Positions 54,150-64,000 of a stretch of DNA of 64,000 nucleotides are shown here, piece after piece; positions within the stretch are counted from its first letter, which is position 1; the number at the start of each line of letters is the position of its first letter. The DNA lies in contig OX597818.1 in assembly GCA_951406725.2 (NCBI GenBank), forward strand, positions 133,734,001 to 133,798,000, written 5' to 3'. The DNA is from Octopus vulgaris (Eukaryota). The notes beneath the pieces were generated by a model, which saw nothing but the letters and a program-made list of their open reading frames with translations, was not told where the DNA came from and searched no databases. Both the position numbers and the translations under genes were made by a program.

Positions 54150-54850
54150 ATCAAAGATTCATACAAATAACATACAGCAATAATATCAGCAAAGCCTTTC
54201 AATACTCCAGGCACAAAAACCATTTGGAAAAATTGCCTACATAAGACCTCCATTCAACTCTTACCTCATATCTCTTGCAAACTTTGGATCATAGGATTAT
54301 TTTCAAACATTTATATTGCAGTATGTGTTGATAAAGGCCTTTTGACACATATTTCATTAACTCTGGTGGGTCTCAATGCTCAGCAATGTCGTGCATACTC
54401 TTTCTTGCCTATATCAATGACCCACTAATTGTTTCTTCCGACCAGATACATTCATATGTAAATAACACCACACTTCTAAAGTAACACACTTATAACTCTA
54501 CTAGTGTACAAATTCCAAAAATTTTACTGATCCCACACTATAATAGTGTCCCCATATATCAGAAGAAACAGAAGGTTCACACAACCAAAATGCTTCTAAC
54601 AAAACCTCTTCAACCTCACTAGTTCTGGGAAGGCCTATAAATGTTGTAGACACAGATTCTTCTCTCTCTGGACAAAAATGCAGCACACACGTGCACATAC
54701 ACAGAGTAAACTTATCACAGTCTTCTACTTAGTAGAACACTAGGTTTTGGCATTTAATGTGTTAACACTTCAGAAGTTCTCTGGACAATGTCCCACTAAT
54801 ATTCTACATAGTCCAATGCTTCACATTTCTTTTTCTGCATGATTAAAATT
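54150..54850 (+). mobile_element. Highly degenerate CR1/L2/Jockey-group LINE RT relic
   Basis: KAFQYSRHKNHLEKLPT (KAFD..WH), SGGSQCSAMSCILFLAYINDP (SGVPQGS...LF..YIND), IHSYVNNTTL (YADD), and a PTL..CPHI-like motif; many stops. Confidence 0.65.
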
Positions 54851-56089
54851 TTGAAAAATTGTTTTCTCTGTATGAATGAAAATAGATGGAAACCGGAGAT
54901 ATGATAATTTTTATTGCAAATGTATCAAAAGTCATATTCATTTTCTTGTATATCACCATGATAATATCAGATGTCAATCATTTACTAGAATCATTTATTG
55001 GAATCTAAATGCTAAATTAAATAATGATAGCAAAACATTTATAATTTTGAGTGGAAGGAGTGGAGCAGACAGTACAATTTCTTTTCATGTTTTTCTTAGT
55101 GGTGCTTTTAAGCTCAATCTGTGGAATGTAGTATTACCAATCATCATTAAACCTGATAATAGAGTTAACAAGATCACTCTAAAATAATAACTTCTTCACT
55201 AGTGCAAGGCTACAAATTTCAAGGGAAGAGGGCCTCTTTTTTTTTTCTATCAACAAAATCATTGCCATCTTAACAGAGTCTGAAAGACCTCGTAAAACTA
55301 GTGGGCACTGCTCCTTCTATTTTTTTTTTTTTGCTCATTTCAGTCATCAAACTGCAGTTATGTTAGGACACTGTCTTCAGGGATTTCGGACAATCCTACA
55401 GACTCCAGTACTTATTTCAGTTTTGTACATATTTTTATCAAACTATTTTTATCACATGGCTAAGCTACCTTTGACACAACACCATTTTTTACACCTATAA
55501 AACTAAATGCACAAAGTATGGCTTAGCTGTGGCTTATTTTGCAAGAGATTTATTTTCCAACCACTTGGTTTCGGATTCAGTCCTACTGCACAGCATCATG
55601 AATAAGTGTCCTCTACTATGGCCTTAAGTTGACCAATGCCATGCAAGTGAGTAGCAGATGGAAATTGTAGGAAGCCCATCTTCTGTATATGTGTGTATGT
55701 GGAAGTGGGGCTACACGGGAGTGCAGTGGGGAGTGCAGTGTGTGTGTGTGGTGTATGCAAATGTGTGAATGTTAATACCCTTCTCAGCAAAATGCTCATG
55801 GAGTTGATCTTTTTTGATGTTATGACTGGTTGATCTGCATCTTCAAAGACCTCTGTGATATAATAAAAAACTTCCTTGACTAAGAAAAGCATGCAAAAGT
55901 TAGTGAGAGAAAAGGTTGGCTGTGTGATTAAGACGTTTTCTTTGCAACCATGTGGTTCCAGGTGCAGTTCCACTGCATGGCATCTTAAGCCATGTATCTT
56001 TCACTATAGCCACAAGCCAGCTGCAAGCTTGTGAGTGAATTTAGTAGATGGAAACTGAAAAGAAACCCATTGTATCTATCTAACTAGTT

Positions 56090-56129
56090 TATGTGTGTGT
56101 GTGTAAGCACATATATATGCATGTGTGTG

Positions 56130-56171
<42 letters not shown>

Positions 56172-56362
56172 GGTATGTATGTATATATACATACATATAT
56201 ATATACATAGGTATATATATATACACATATACATAGGTGTATATATATATGTATATATATACACACACACACATATATATATACATAGGTATATATGTAT
56301 ATATACATACATATATATACATAGGCATATATATATGTATATACACACATATACATAGTTAA

Positions 56363-56394
<32 letters not shown>

Positions 56395-56560
56395 TTACCT
56401 ATGTATATACATATATACATACACATACATAGGTATGTATATATATATATACACACATACCTATGTATTTATATATGTGTGTGAGTGTGTGTATAAATGT
56501 GTGTGCTTGTATATTTATGCGTATGTGTATAATATATATACATGCATGTATGTGTACGTG
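56090..56560. repeat. Compound (TA)/(CA)/(TG) microsatellite inside an old SINE (head ~55917, tail ~56760)
   Basis: Direct inspection. Confidence 0.9.
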
Positions 56561-56804
56561 TGAGTCCTTGTCTTGTCAGCATGCACAAATTGTAAATAAA
56601 CTCAATTGTCATACAAGTGGCCCTGTTTACTTACAATCCTCCTTGAAAAGATGGTGAAATTTGAGGAAAATATTACCTTGCTTGGAAACAGGTGGAGGTT
56701 GACAGCAGGAGACCATCCAGCATAGGAAATCTGCTGCAGCAAATCTTGCCTGACCCATGCAAATATGTGACAGCATGCAAATATGTGATGAGATCATTGC
56801 TACC

Positions 56805-57406
56805 TATTTCTTTACTACCCACAAGGGGCTAAACACAGAGAGGACAAACAAGGACAGACAAACGGATTAAGTCGATTATATCGACCCCAGTGCGTAACTG
56901 GTACTTATTTACTCGACCCCGAAAGGATGAAAGGCAAAGTCGACCTCGGCGGAATTTGAACTCAGAACGTAGCAGCAGACGAAATACCTATTTCTTTACT
57001 ACCCACAAGGGGCTAAACACAGAGAGGACAAACAAGGACAGACAAACGGATTAAGTCGATTATATCGACCCCAGTGCGTAACTGGTACTTATTTACTCGA
57101 CCCCGAAAGGATGAAAGGCAAAGTCGACCTCAGCGGAATTTGAACTCAGAACGTAGCGGCAGACGAAATACCTATTTCTTTACTACCCACAAGGGGCTAA
57201 ACACAGAGAGGACAAACAAGGACAGACAAACAGATTAAGTCGATTATATCGACCCCAGTGCATAACTGGTACTTATTTACTCGACCCCGAAAGGATGAAA
57301 GGCAAAGTCGACCTCGGCGGAATTTGAACCCAGAACGTAGCGGCAGACAAAATACCGCTAAGCATTTCGCCCGATGTGCTAACGGTTCTGCCAGCTCGCC
57401 GTCTTT
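56805..57406 (-). mobile_element. Trimeric SINE (one head + three tandem 184-bp bodies)
   Basis: Units start at 56803, 56987 and 57171; head 57355-57404; 14-bp TSD AGATCATTGCTACC (56791-56804, 57407-57420). Confidence 0.92.
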
Positions 57407-57772
57407 AGATCATTGCTACCAATGAGTTACTAGTCCCAAAATAGTAAATAGTTCCAGTTCATACAAATATAACAATGATATCACCATCAGCAGATGGCTA
57501 TCAAGTGAATCTCTACATGGTTTACATGATTGCTTGACCTTCTACCAACACTTTTAGCTCTTATGCAACTATCTTATAAAAAAAAGAAAAGATACGCTTG
57601 ATTATGCAATCCTGAATACAGTATAGTAGAAGAAGTAAGAAATTTGGAGAGGATTTGGTTGCTGGTTGAACTTTAATTGATATCTACAGGCCATAGTTCT
57701 GCTTGATCAGAGCTGATCTGGAATTATGCAATATCAATAATACACCATGCAAGTGTACTAGAGTTGTAATAA

Positions 57773-57777
<5 letters not shown>

Positions 57778-57814
<37 letters not shown>

Positions 57815-58119
57815 TGTGTACAGTGCTCAGGTGCACTACAACTCATCTAAAGTGTATATATAATCAGGTGTAGTTTCGGCAGATTTCGGAAAGCATGAGG
57901 GCCTTAAAGGATGCAGTGTCATGGCAGTCAACAACTGATGCAGGCAGTTTATTCCATGCTTCAGCAACTCTGAGCGTGAAAAAATGTTTCCAAAAGTCAT
58001 GGGAGCTGTGTTGTTTTCTGACTTTGTAGGCATGTCCACGTGTGTTAGACACATGGAGATCAGAAAGGTGTTCAGTGTTGTTGTTGGTGAGGTGGTTGAT
58101 AACTTTGTGGGTGTTTACA
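57778..58119 (-). mobile_element. CR1-group LINE 3' end (same family as 5470-5822)
   Basis: SNTRGHAYKVRKQHSSHDFWKHFFTLRVAEAWNKLPASVV; the tail is seen as (TAA)n at 57778-57813. Confidence 0.85.
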
Positions 58120-59796
58120 AATAATGTATGATGCAGACGTCATCCTCATTCAGTCATTTTACTTTATGTAGCTGTAATTACCATTGCAGTAAGTAACCTA
58201 AAGAGAAATGAATTCTCCCAAGGTTGCTTGTTCTTCACACTTAACATAAAGTATTCAGTTAAGGATCATCAAAATACTAAAGAAGACAGGAGCTAACATG
58301 AGTACAAAACATGCGATTTTGAACTAATATGGAAAAGAAAAACAGATTCTACACAATTCTTTATATTATTATAAGCGAAAGAACTAATGAAGAACTACTT
58401 GAAAGTATATCATATATTCACTCTAAAATCTGTAACTTTGCATTAAACAAATTTCATAATCAAATTTACACTTGGCAGGGTCCTTTCTTTATAAAATCAT
58501 CAGTCTAAGAAATACTGACATAACACATTCTTTCAACATTACTAAAAGGGTTATCTTCAATTTTCTTTCTATCAATTAACACTTAAATGATATATTTCTC
58601 AGAAGCAATTATCTTATTTTACTTCATCAACAAACATGGAATCCTTACAAAGTAGCCATTTACTTTTATATATTTATACACTTTGTCTTTAATTGGTGCC
58701 AAATAATTCCTTTTAAGATTATTTTGACAACTCATTATCTAGTTAAGATTTTATGTTAATATTGTTCCTGCTAACTAAATTGGCTGGCTACTTTTCTAAG
58801 TCAATTCAAACAGAGAAAGTATTAAATTAAAAATTGAATTGGTTTCAAAGATTAAATTTAATTGCAATTTCTGAGAGAAAATTTATATATCTTTACTTGA
58901 CAAAGGTTTCATTAAGCAGTTGCTGCTTTAAATATTTATAAATGAAGCATTATAAATGTGTTTTTGCATATTTTGTTTTTATATACTTTGTTGTTGTTTT
59001 TTTCTTTTTTAAATCAGTTGTTTTGTTGTTATTTTTTTTGTCCTTAGTTCCAACAAAGATTTTAAATATTACTGATTATTTTCTTCATTGACTTAACATT
59101 GTTAATAACCCTTTCCAAAAATAATTAAAATGCATTTTATTTTACATGTAGATCTTTCATGCAATGATATAATTACAAACTAAAAGGTGTGAAAAATATT
59201 TAGTCATTTAGAGAAAAGTTTACTCACAAAATTACAGAAATTTCAATAAATAACCAGATAAGAAATTTAGCTGCAGGAAATATCTTTAGAGTGACTAATG
59301 GTAAATATTACAACAGATAAATTCGAGATACACCATTTAATATGTTATCTAGTTATTTTTCTCCATATTTCATTTTTCCTGCTTCCCCTATTAGATCATT
59401 ATTCCACACAAGTGTTTCTATTGTGTGATTATTCTATTGTAGCTTCAATGTCCACTGCTTTAGGGAGCTTTCCCCTCTTGGCCTCACATTCCTTTCACAA
59501 TCATTGATCTTGTGTGTAATACATCAACATTTAACTTGTTATTGGCATGATTATGGTTGGTTGAAGCAATTCATATCTCTTATTTGAAATGTCTTCTTTA
59601 TATTCTGGCATTAAGAGAAGACCTGGCTACAAATTAACAGACATTACACCTAGCAAAATAACTGCATCAAATCTAAACACCTAATCATTGGTGATATAAC
59701 AGAGCTAATGATGAATATGTTGACAAAACGAGAATTAGAGCCCACAAATAGAGCAAGGTGACAAAACCAGTAGAGCACTTGAATAAGAGCTTCGCA

Positions 59797-59801
59797 ATAT
59801 A

Positions 59802-59868
<67 letters not shown>

Positions 59869-59897
59869 ATGTATGTGTAGGTGTATGTATATGTATA

Positions 59898-59940
<43 letters not shown>

Positions 59941-59943
59941 TTG

Positions 59944-59991
<48 letters not shown>

Positions 59992-60022
59992 TATATATAT
60001 ACATATGTATGTATGTATGTAT
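59797..60022. repeat. Compound (TA)n/(TATG)n microsatellite flanking the palindrome
   Basis: Direct inspection. Confidence 0.95.
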
Positions 60023-60070
60023 GGAAAAAATGTCAAGGTAGAAAATGCTAAAATAATTTTATAAATAACA

Positions 60071-60112
60071 TTTCGGTACCAGTTTCGGTCATTGAGACCT
60101 TTTCGACTGTAA
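60071..60112 (-). ncRNA. Second hammerhead-like motif (inverted copy; U3:A8 core plus U4C)
   Basis: Reverse complement reads TTACAG-TCGAAAA-GGTC tcaat GACC-GAAAC tg GTA CCGAAA. Stem II is intact (GGTC/GACC vs AGTC/GACT in the other copy); stem I has a mismatch. Confidence 0.5.
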
Positions 60113-60666
60113 GTATGGAAAACAATTAAATTTTGGAAAAATTAAATTATAAGTTTTTTAAAAGAATATTCGCATAGTGTTTCTGCCTGTCTCTGTTTCT
60201 CTTGTTTGCTCTTGGGGGTTTGAGGTCATTGTGAATTCTTGGCAGAGAAGAAGAAGAGGAAGAAGGAGGAGGAGGTGGTGGTCGTGGTGGTGGTGGTGGA
60301 GGAGGCGGATGTGGAGGAGGAGAAGAAGAAGAAGAAGAAGCAGGAGGAGGAGGAGGTAGTGGTGGAGGTGGTGGAGGAGGAGGTGGATGTGGAGGAGGAG
60401 GAGGAAGAGGAGAAGAAGAAGAAGAAGAAGAAGAAGAAGAAGAAGAAGAAGAAGAATGCGGGAGTACTACTATCATCACACTCCCACATTCTTCTTCTTC
60501 TTCTTCTCTGCCAAGAATTCACAATGACCTCGAACCCACAAGAGTAAACAAGAGAGACAGAGACAGACAGAAACAAGGAAAATGCCCCTTGTATTTGAAT
60601 ACTATGCAAATATTCTTTTAAAAAACTTTTAATTTAAATTTTCCAAAATTTAATTGCTTTCTATAC

Positions 60667-60708
60667 TTACAGTTGAAAAAGTCTCTATGACTGAAACTGG
60701 TACTGAAA
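60667..60708 (+). ncRNA. Minimal type-I hammerhead ribozyme-like motif, U3:A8 core variant
   Basis: TTACAG-[TTGAAAA]-AGTC tctat GACT-[GAAA]C tg GTA^CTGAAA: stem I CAG/CTG, core UUGAAAA, 4-bp stem II, GAAA, minimal stem III, GUA cleavage triplet. Layout of Penelope-associated minimal HHRs. Confidence 0.6.
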
Positions 60709-60709
60709 T

Positions 60710-60722
60710 ATATATGTATACA

Positions 60723-60788
<66 letters not shown>

Positions 60789-60948
60789 TGTATGTATGTA
60801 TGTATGTATGTATGTATGTATGTATGTATGTATGTATGTATGTTTATATATGTGTATATATTTAAATGTATATATGTATATATATGTGTATGTATATATG
60901 TATGTATGTATATATGTATATATATATATAGGTATGTGTGTGTGTATG

Positions 60949-60985
<37 letters not shown>

Positions 60986-61009
60986 TTATATGTGTGTGTA
61001 TGTGTGTCT

Positions 61010-61060
<51 letters not shown>

Positions 61061-61062
61061 TG
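60710..61062. repeat. Compound (TA)/(TATG)/(TG) microsatellite flanking the palindrome
   Basis: Direct inspection. Confidence 0.95.
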
Positions 61063-61614
61063 TATTTGAAAAAATTAGTAGAGATGGCTTTCGGGGAGGA
61101 TAATTTTTATTTTAATGGTAATATTTACAGTTACTCTAATGAGTTTCAAGATTTTTGATAGTCGTTTTCAAACTAAAATTCTGTGGTTTAGAAGGATATT
61201 TATATAGCAAAAGATTTTTTCTTACAAGCATAGAAAATAGGAAATAAAAGACAGAAAAAAAAAAATAAAGAGTATAAAATCTAATATAAAAATTAATATA
61301 AAAAATAATAAAAGAATACAAAAGTAAATACACCAGCATGTGTAAAAAAAGAAGAAAGAAGAAAAGAAGAAGAAAAATGGAAAAAAGAAAAGGAAAAAGG
61401 TGGAAAGTAAGAAGACAAAAAGTAGTTGAAAATGGTAGTGAGAAGAGATTAGTCTATCAGGAATAAAGACAGAATAATTTTAGGAGTAGTCAAAAATGTT
61501 GTTGAGTTCTTGTCAAAAGATGACCTTTGTGAATTTTTTGTTTTGGGGTCACTTTTTTCATTTTTCACAGTTGGTATGGTGTGCCCTTATTTAGTCACAC
61601 ACACACACACACAC

Positions 61615-62290
61615 AGAGCAATCATCAAAGCAAAAATATCTCAACCACAACCCTCAGAGGAAAACAAACACACAAAAACAAATATAAAAATGAACTCATA
61701 AGTGTTCCTTTTGCCATCACCCACAAACCAAGAAATCACATCATCAACACTGCAAAATGATAGATCACAATCCTTCAGCATTCAAGAACGAACCAATCCA
61801 ATTAATAACAAACTCAAAAATAATTTATCACAGATGGCAAGCACCCAACATAAAAAAACCTCTTAACCCAAGTAAAATTTACAACCACAGAAGCAACAAA
61901 CAGAGTTTTAAAAAATGTGGTGACCCTCATTGTGGAATGTGTGACTACATTGAAGAGGGAGTACAAATTAATTTGAAAAACAATGACACTTTCAAAATAA
62001 ATGCGAATATGAACTGCAGATCCAGGAATTCAATCTACTGTGCCACATGTCCTGAATGCAACAAATACTACATTGGTGAAGCAGGCATCAGACTATATGA
62101 GAGAGGAAGGGTACACAAACAACAGATCTATGACCCATCCATTCGAAACATAACTTGTAGTGAACGTTTTGAAAAATGTGGAAAAAGAAAATGCAAAATA
62201 GTCACTTTTTTCAAACTGTGGACAGAAAATGAACATTTTCATAAGGCCAAGGAAGAATATTTTATTTAAAAATATCATCCTATTTTGATG
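61615..62290 (+). pseudogene. Penelope-like element ORF relic: Cys-rich linker plus GIY-YIG endonuclease (Neptune-like)
   Basis: ORF 61757-62269 has KCGDPHCGMC, NCRSRNSIYCATCPECNKYYIGE (GIY-YIG), R...H and a C-terminal KEEYFI; the upstream part is frameshifted and there is no RT domain. Confidence 0.85.
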
Positions 62291-63550
62291 ATTACACTAT
62301 TTTCCTTTCTATGATGTTCTGTATTATGTATATTTTTTGTGACTTTATGTAAGCAAGTCTCCTTTTCACTAAATCATAAACCCATAAAAACTATAAAATA
62401 ATACATACATATTGTAACATTACAAATTATAAAATCTCTTCAGTCTAAATATCTTTAACTGCCCTCAATACTTCCATACCTATTACACCCACTTTTCGGA
62501 TTACCTTTATCTCTTCCCTACCTCTAATTTTAATCCCGTCTCTTTTATATGTAGGTTATATGTATTTCTTATTATTTTGTTTTCTTATTTTGATATCCTT
62601 ACTTATTAACCACTTATTCCTTATAAATTGGTGTTTTTCTTGTTCTTAAATAGATATTTTTCAGTTACTTAAGTCTATGTGAGACATTTATACTATATCC
62701 ATATAAATGTATAAATATTTGTGTATGTATATATATGTGTATATGCACATATATAAATATGTGTGTATCTGCATGCATCTTTACATTTTTCTGATGCATG
62801 ACTTAAAATTAATAGACAGCATGTATATCTTTCCAGTTATCCCATAAGTAAATGCCCTGAGCAGTCTTTATAGAAACCACCTAATAAGTAATTAATTAAG
62901 TACATGAATGAACATTAAAGTAATTCTAAGTAATCTTCCTTTTTAATGTTTATAATTGATATATATACACACCTTTTACCTATTTAGGTTATGATATCAT
63001 TTTTAAAATTATTAAATTTTACTTTTATACAACATAACAATATTGTTTATAAACAATCACCTATAATGCCCCTAAATAAAATTTCCTCTGTCTTAACATC
63101 TTAGGTTTCTTGGCGCCTTGCCCCTTTAACTGGTAATTAACATCATGATTTAAAGTCTACCCCTACCCTACCTCTTTTTATAGACAGTTACTTATATCCA
63201 ACTGACTACTCCTAATGTCTTATTTCCTCCCTGGACAAAAGGGATACATAAGATAATATTTATGACTTTACCTAGCCATGAGCTGTCAACTCACTCGTGT
63301 CCTTTATTCGAAACAGACAGTCTTCTACTCTTAAATTTAGTAGTTGATAAAGAGATAAGTGAATTAGAAATGAATTGCAATCACTTACAACCATATGATC
63401 CCACTATGCTCCATGCAATTCTTAGAAGTGTAGTCAGTCCTTAGCTACAATAGTGACAACATGAATTTCTTCCATTTTCCTACTCTGTTAAAATATTTGA
63501 GAAAAATTATATAAATGTGTCCTACTTGTTAAAATTATATTTATTCATGT

Positions 63551-63638
63551 GTGCAGCTGAAGTTGGCGCTGCATTTAAATTGATGTAACGATTGCAATGT
63601 TCAATTAAATGGAACCCCTTGAAATGGTCGTACTGCAT
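63551..63638 (+). ncRNA. Degenerate hammerhead-like motif with long stem II, downstream of the Penelope relic
   Basis: GTGCAG-[CTGAAGT]...CATTTAAATTGA...TCAATTAAATG...[GAAA]TGGTC GTA^CTGCAT: stem I GTGCAG/CTGCAT, internal hairpin, GUA triplet; A9 is changed to U. Confidence 0.45.
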
Positions 63639-63753
63639 CGCTACTTAATATCCAGTTGCTTATTTTGATTTTATTCACCTTACTTCAAGTGGTGCGGACT
63701 GACTTGGTGCTTCAAATTAAGTACTGAATTCAACTGAATCTTAATTATGTGTT

Positions 63754-63789
<36 letters not shown>

Positions 63790-64000
63790 TGTGCGTGTGC
63801 ATCTGTGCATGTGTGTTTGTGTGTATGTATATAAATAATATAACTATTCTGCCTATATGTCTGTGCACACCTTTGAATGCAATGTATGCCAGAAAGGTTT
63901 TCAAATCTAAAGGAGGACCCAGAAAACATCTTAAGATCCACAAACATCACAAGTTATCTGCAGCTCTTAGTGGTCCAGATCAGATACACAATCTGTGTGG

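Larger units (their letters stand above)
60070..60709. repeat. Long fold-back inverted repeat, with a (GAA/GGA/GGT)n expansion in the left arm
   Basis: 60070-60256 is the reverse complement of ~60490-60709 apart from scattered mismatches and a 26-nt indel. Inner stem GAATGCGGGAGT (60454-60465)/ACTCCCACATTC (60480-60491) closes a 14-nt loop. Confidence 0.9.

Noticed and set aside
56803-57354. Regularly spaced direct repeats (CRISPR-like?)
   Set aside because: Contiguous 184-bp SINE units without unique spacers, in eukaryotic DNA.
60147-60609. Poly-Pro/Ser and poly-Glu/Lys ORFs
   Set aside because: Trinucleotide (GAA/GGA/GGT) expansion inside the palindrome arm.
61135-61175. Further TTGAAAA...GAAAC hammerhead-like spacing on the minus strand (also CTGAGCA...GAAAC near 62857)
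   Set aside because: Stems I and II do not pair convincingly.

Overview
AT-rich, repeat-dense animal genomic DNA, very likely a coleoid cephalopod (Octopus-like). That assignment is inferred from tRNA-Arg-headed OR/OK-type SINEs, abundant microsatellites and RTE/CR1/Penelope relics. The only host-gene coding sequence I can support is one 170-bp minus-strand exon (53696-53865) of a kinesin-2 motor domain (KIF17/OSM-3-like), which the ORF track misses. The rest looks intronic: at least five SINE families (many with TSDs), 3' fragments of RTE, CR1 and R4/Dong LINEs, a Penelope-like GIY-YIG relic, two non-autonomous Helitrons, TTAA-type MITE relics and many microsatellites. Most listed ORFs are microsatellite or SINE artefacts. 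The most interesting signals are four minimal type-I hammerhead-ribozyme-like motifs; two of them have a non-canonical U3:A8 core and sit on opposite strands at the ends of a ~640-bp fold-back palindrome. Also notable are a 105-bp near-perfect SINE hairpin, a TSD-flanked SINE trimer and a SINE with an inverted head. All calls were made by eye without database searches; boundaries of degenerate repeats are approximate.
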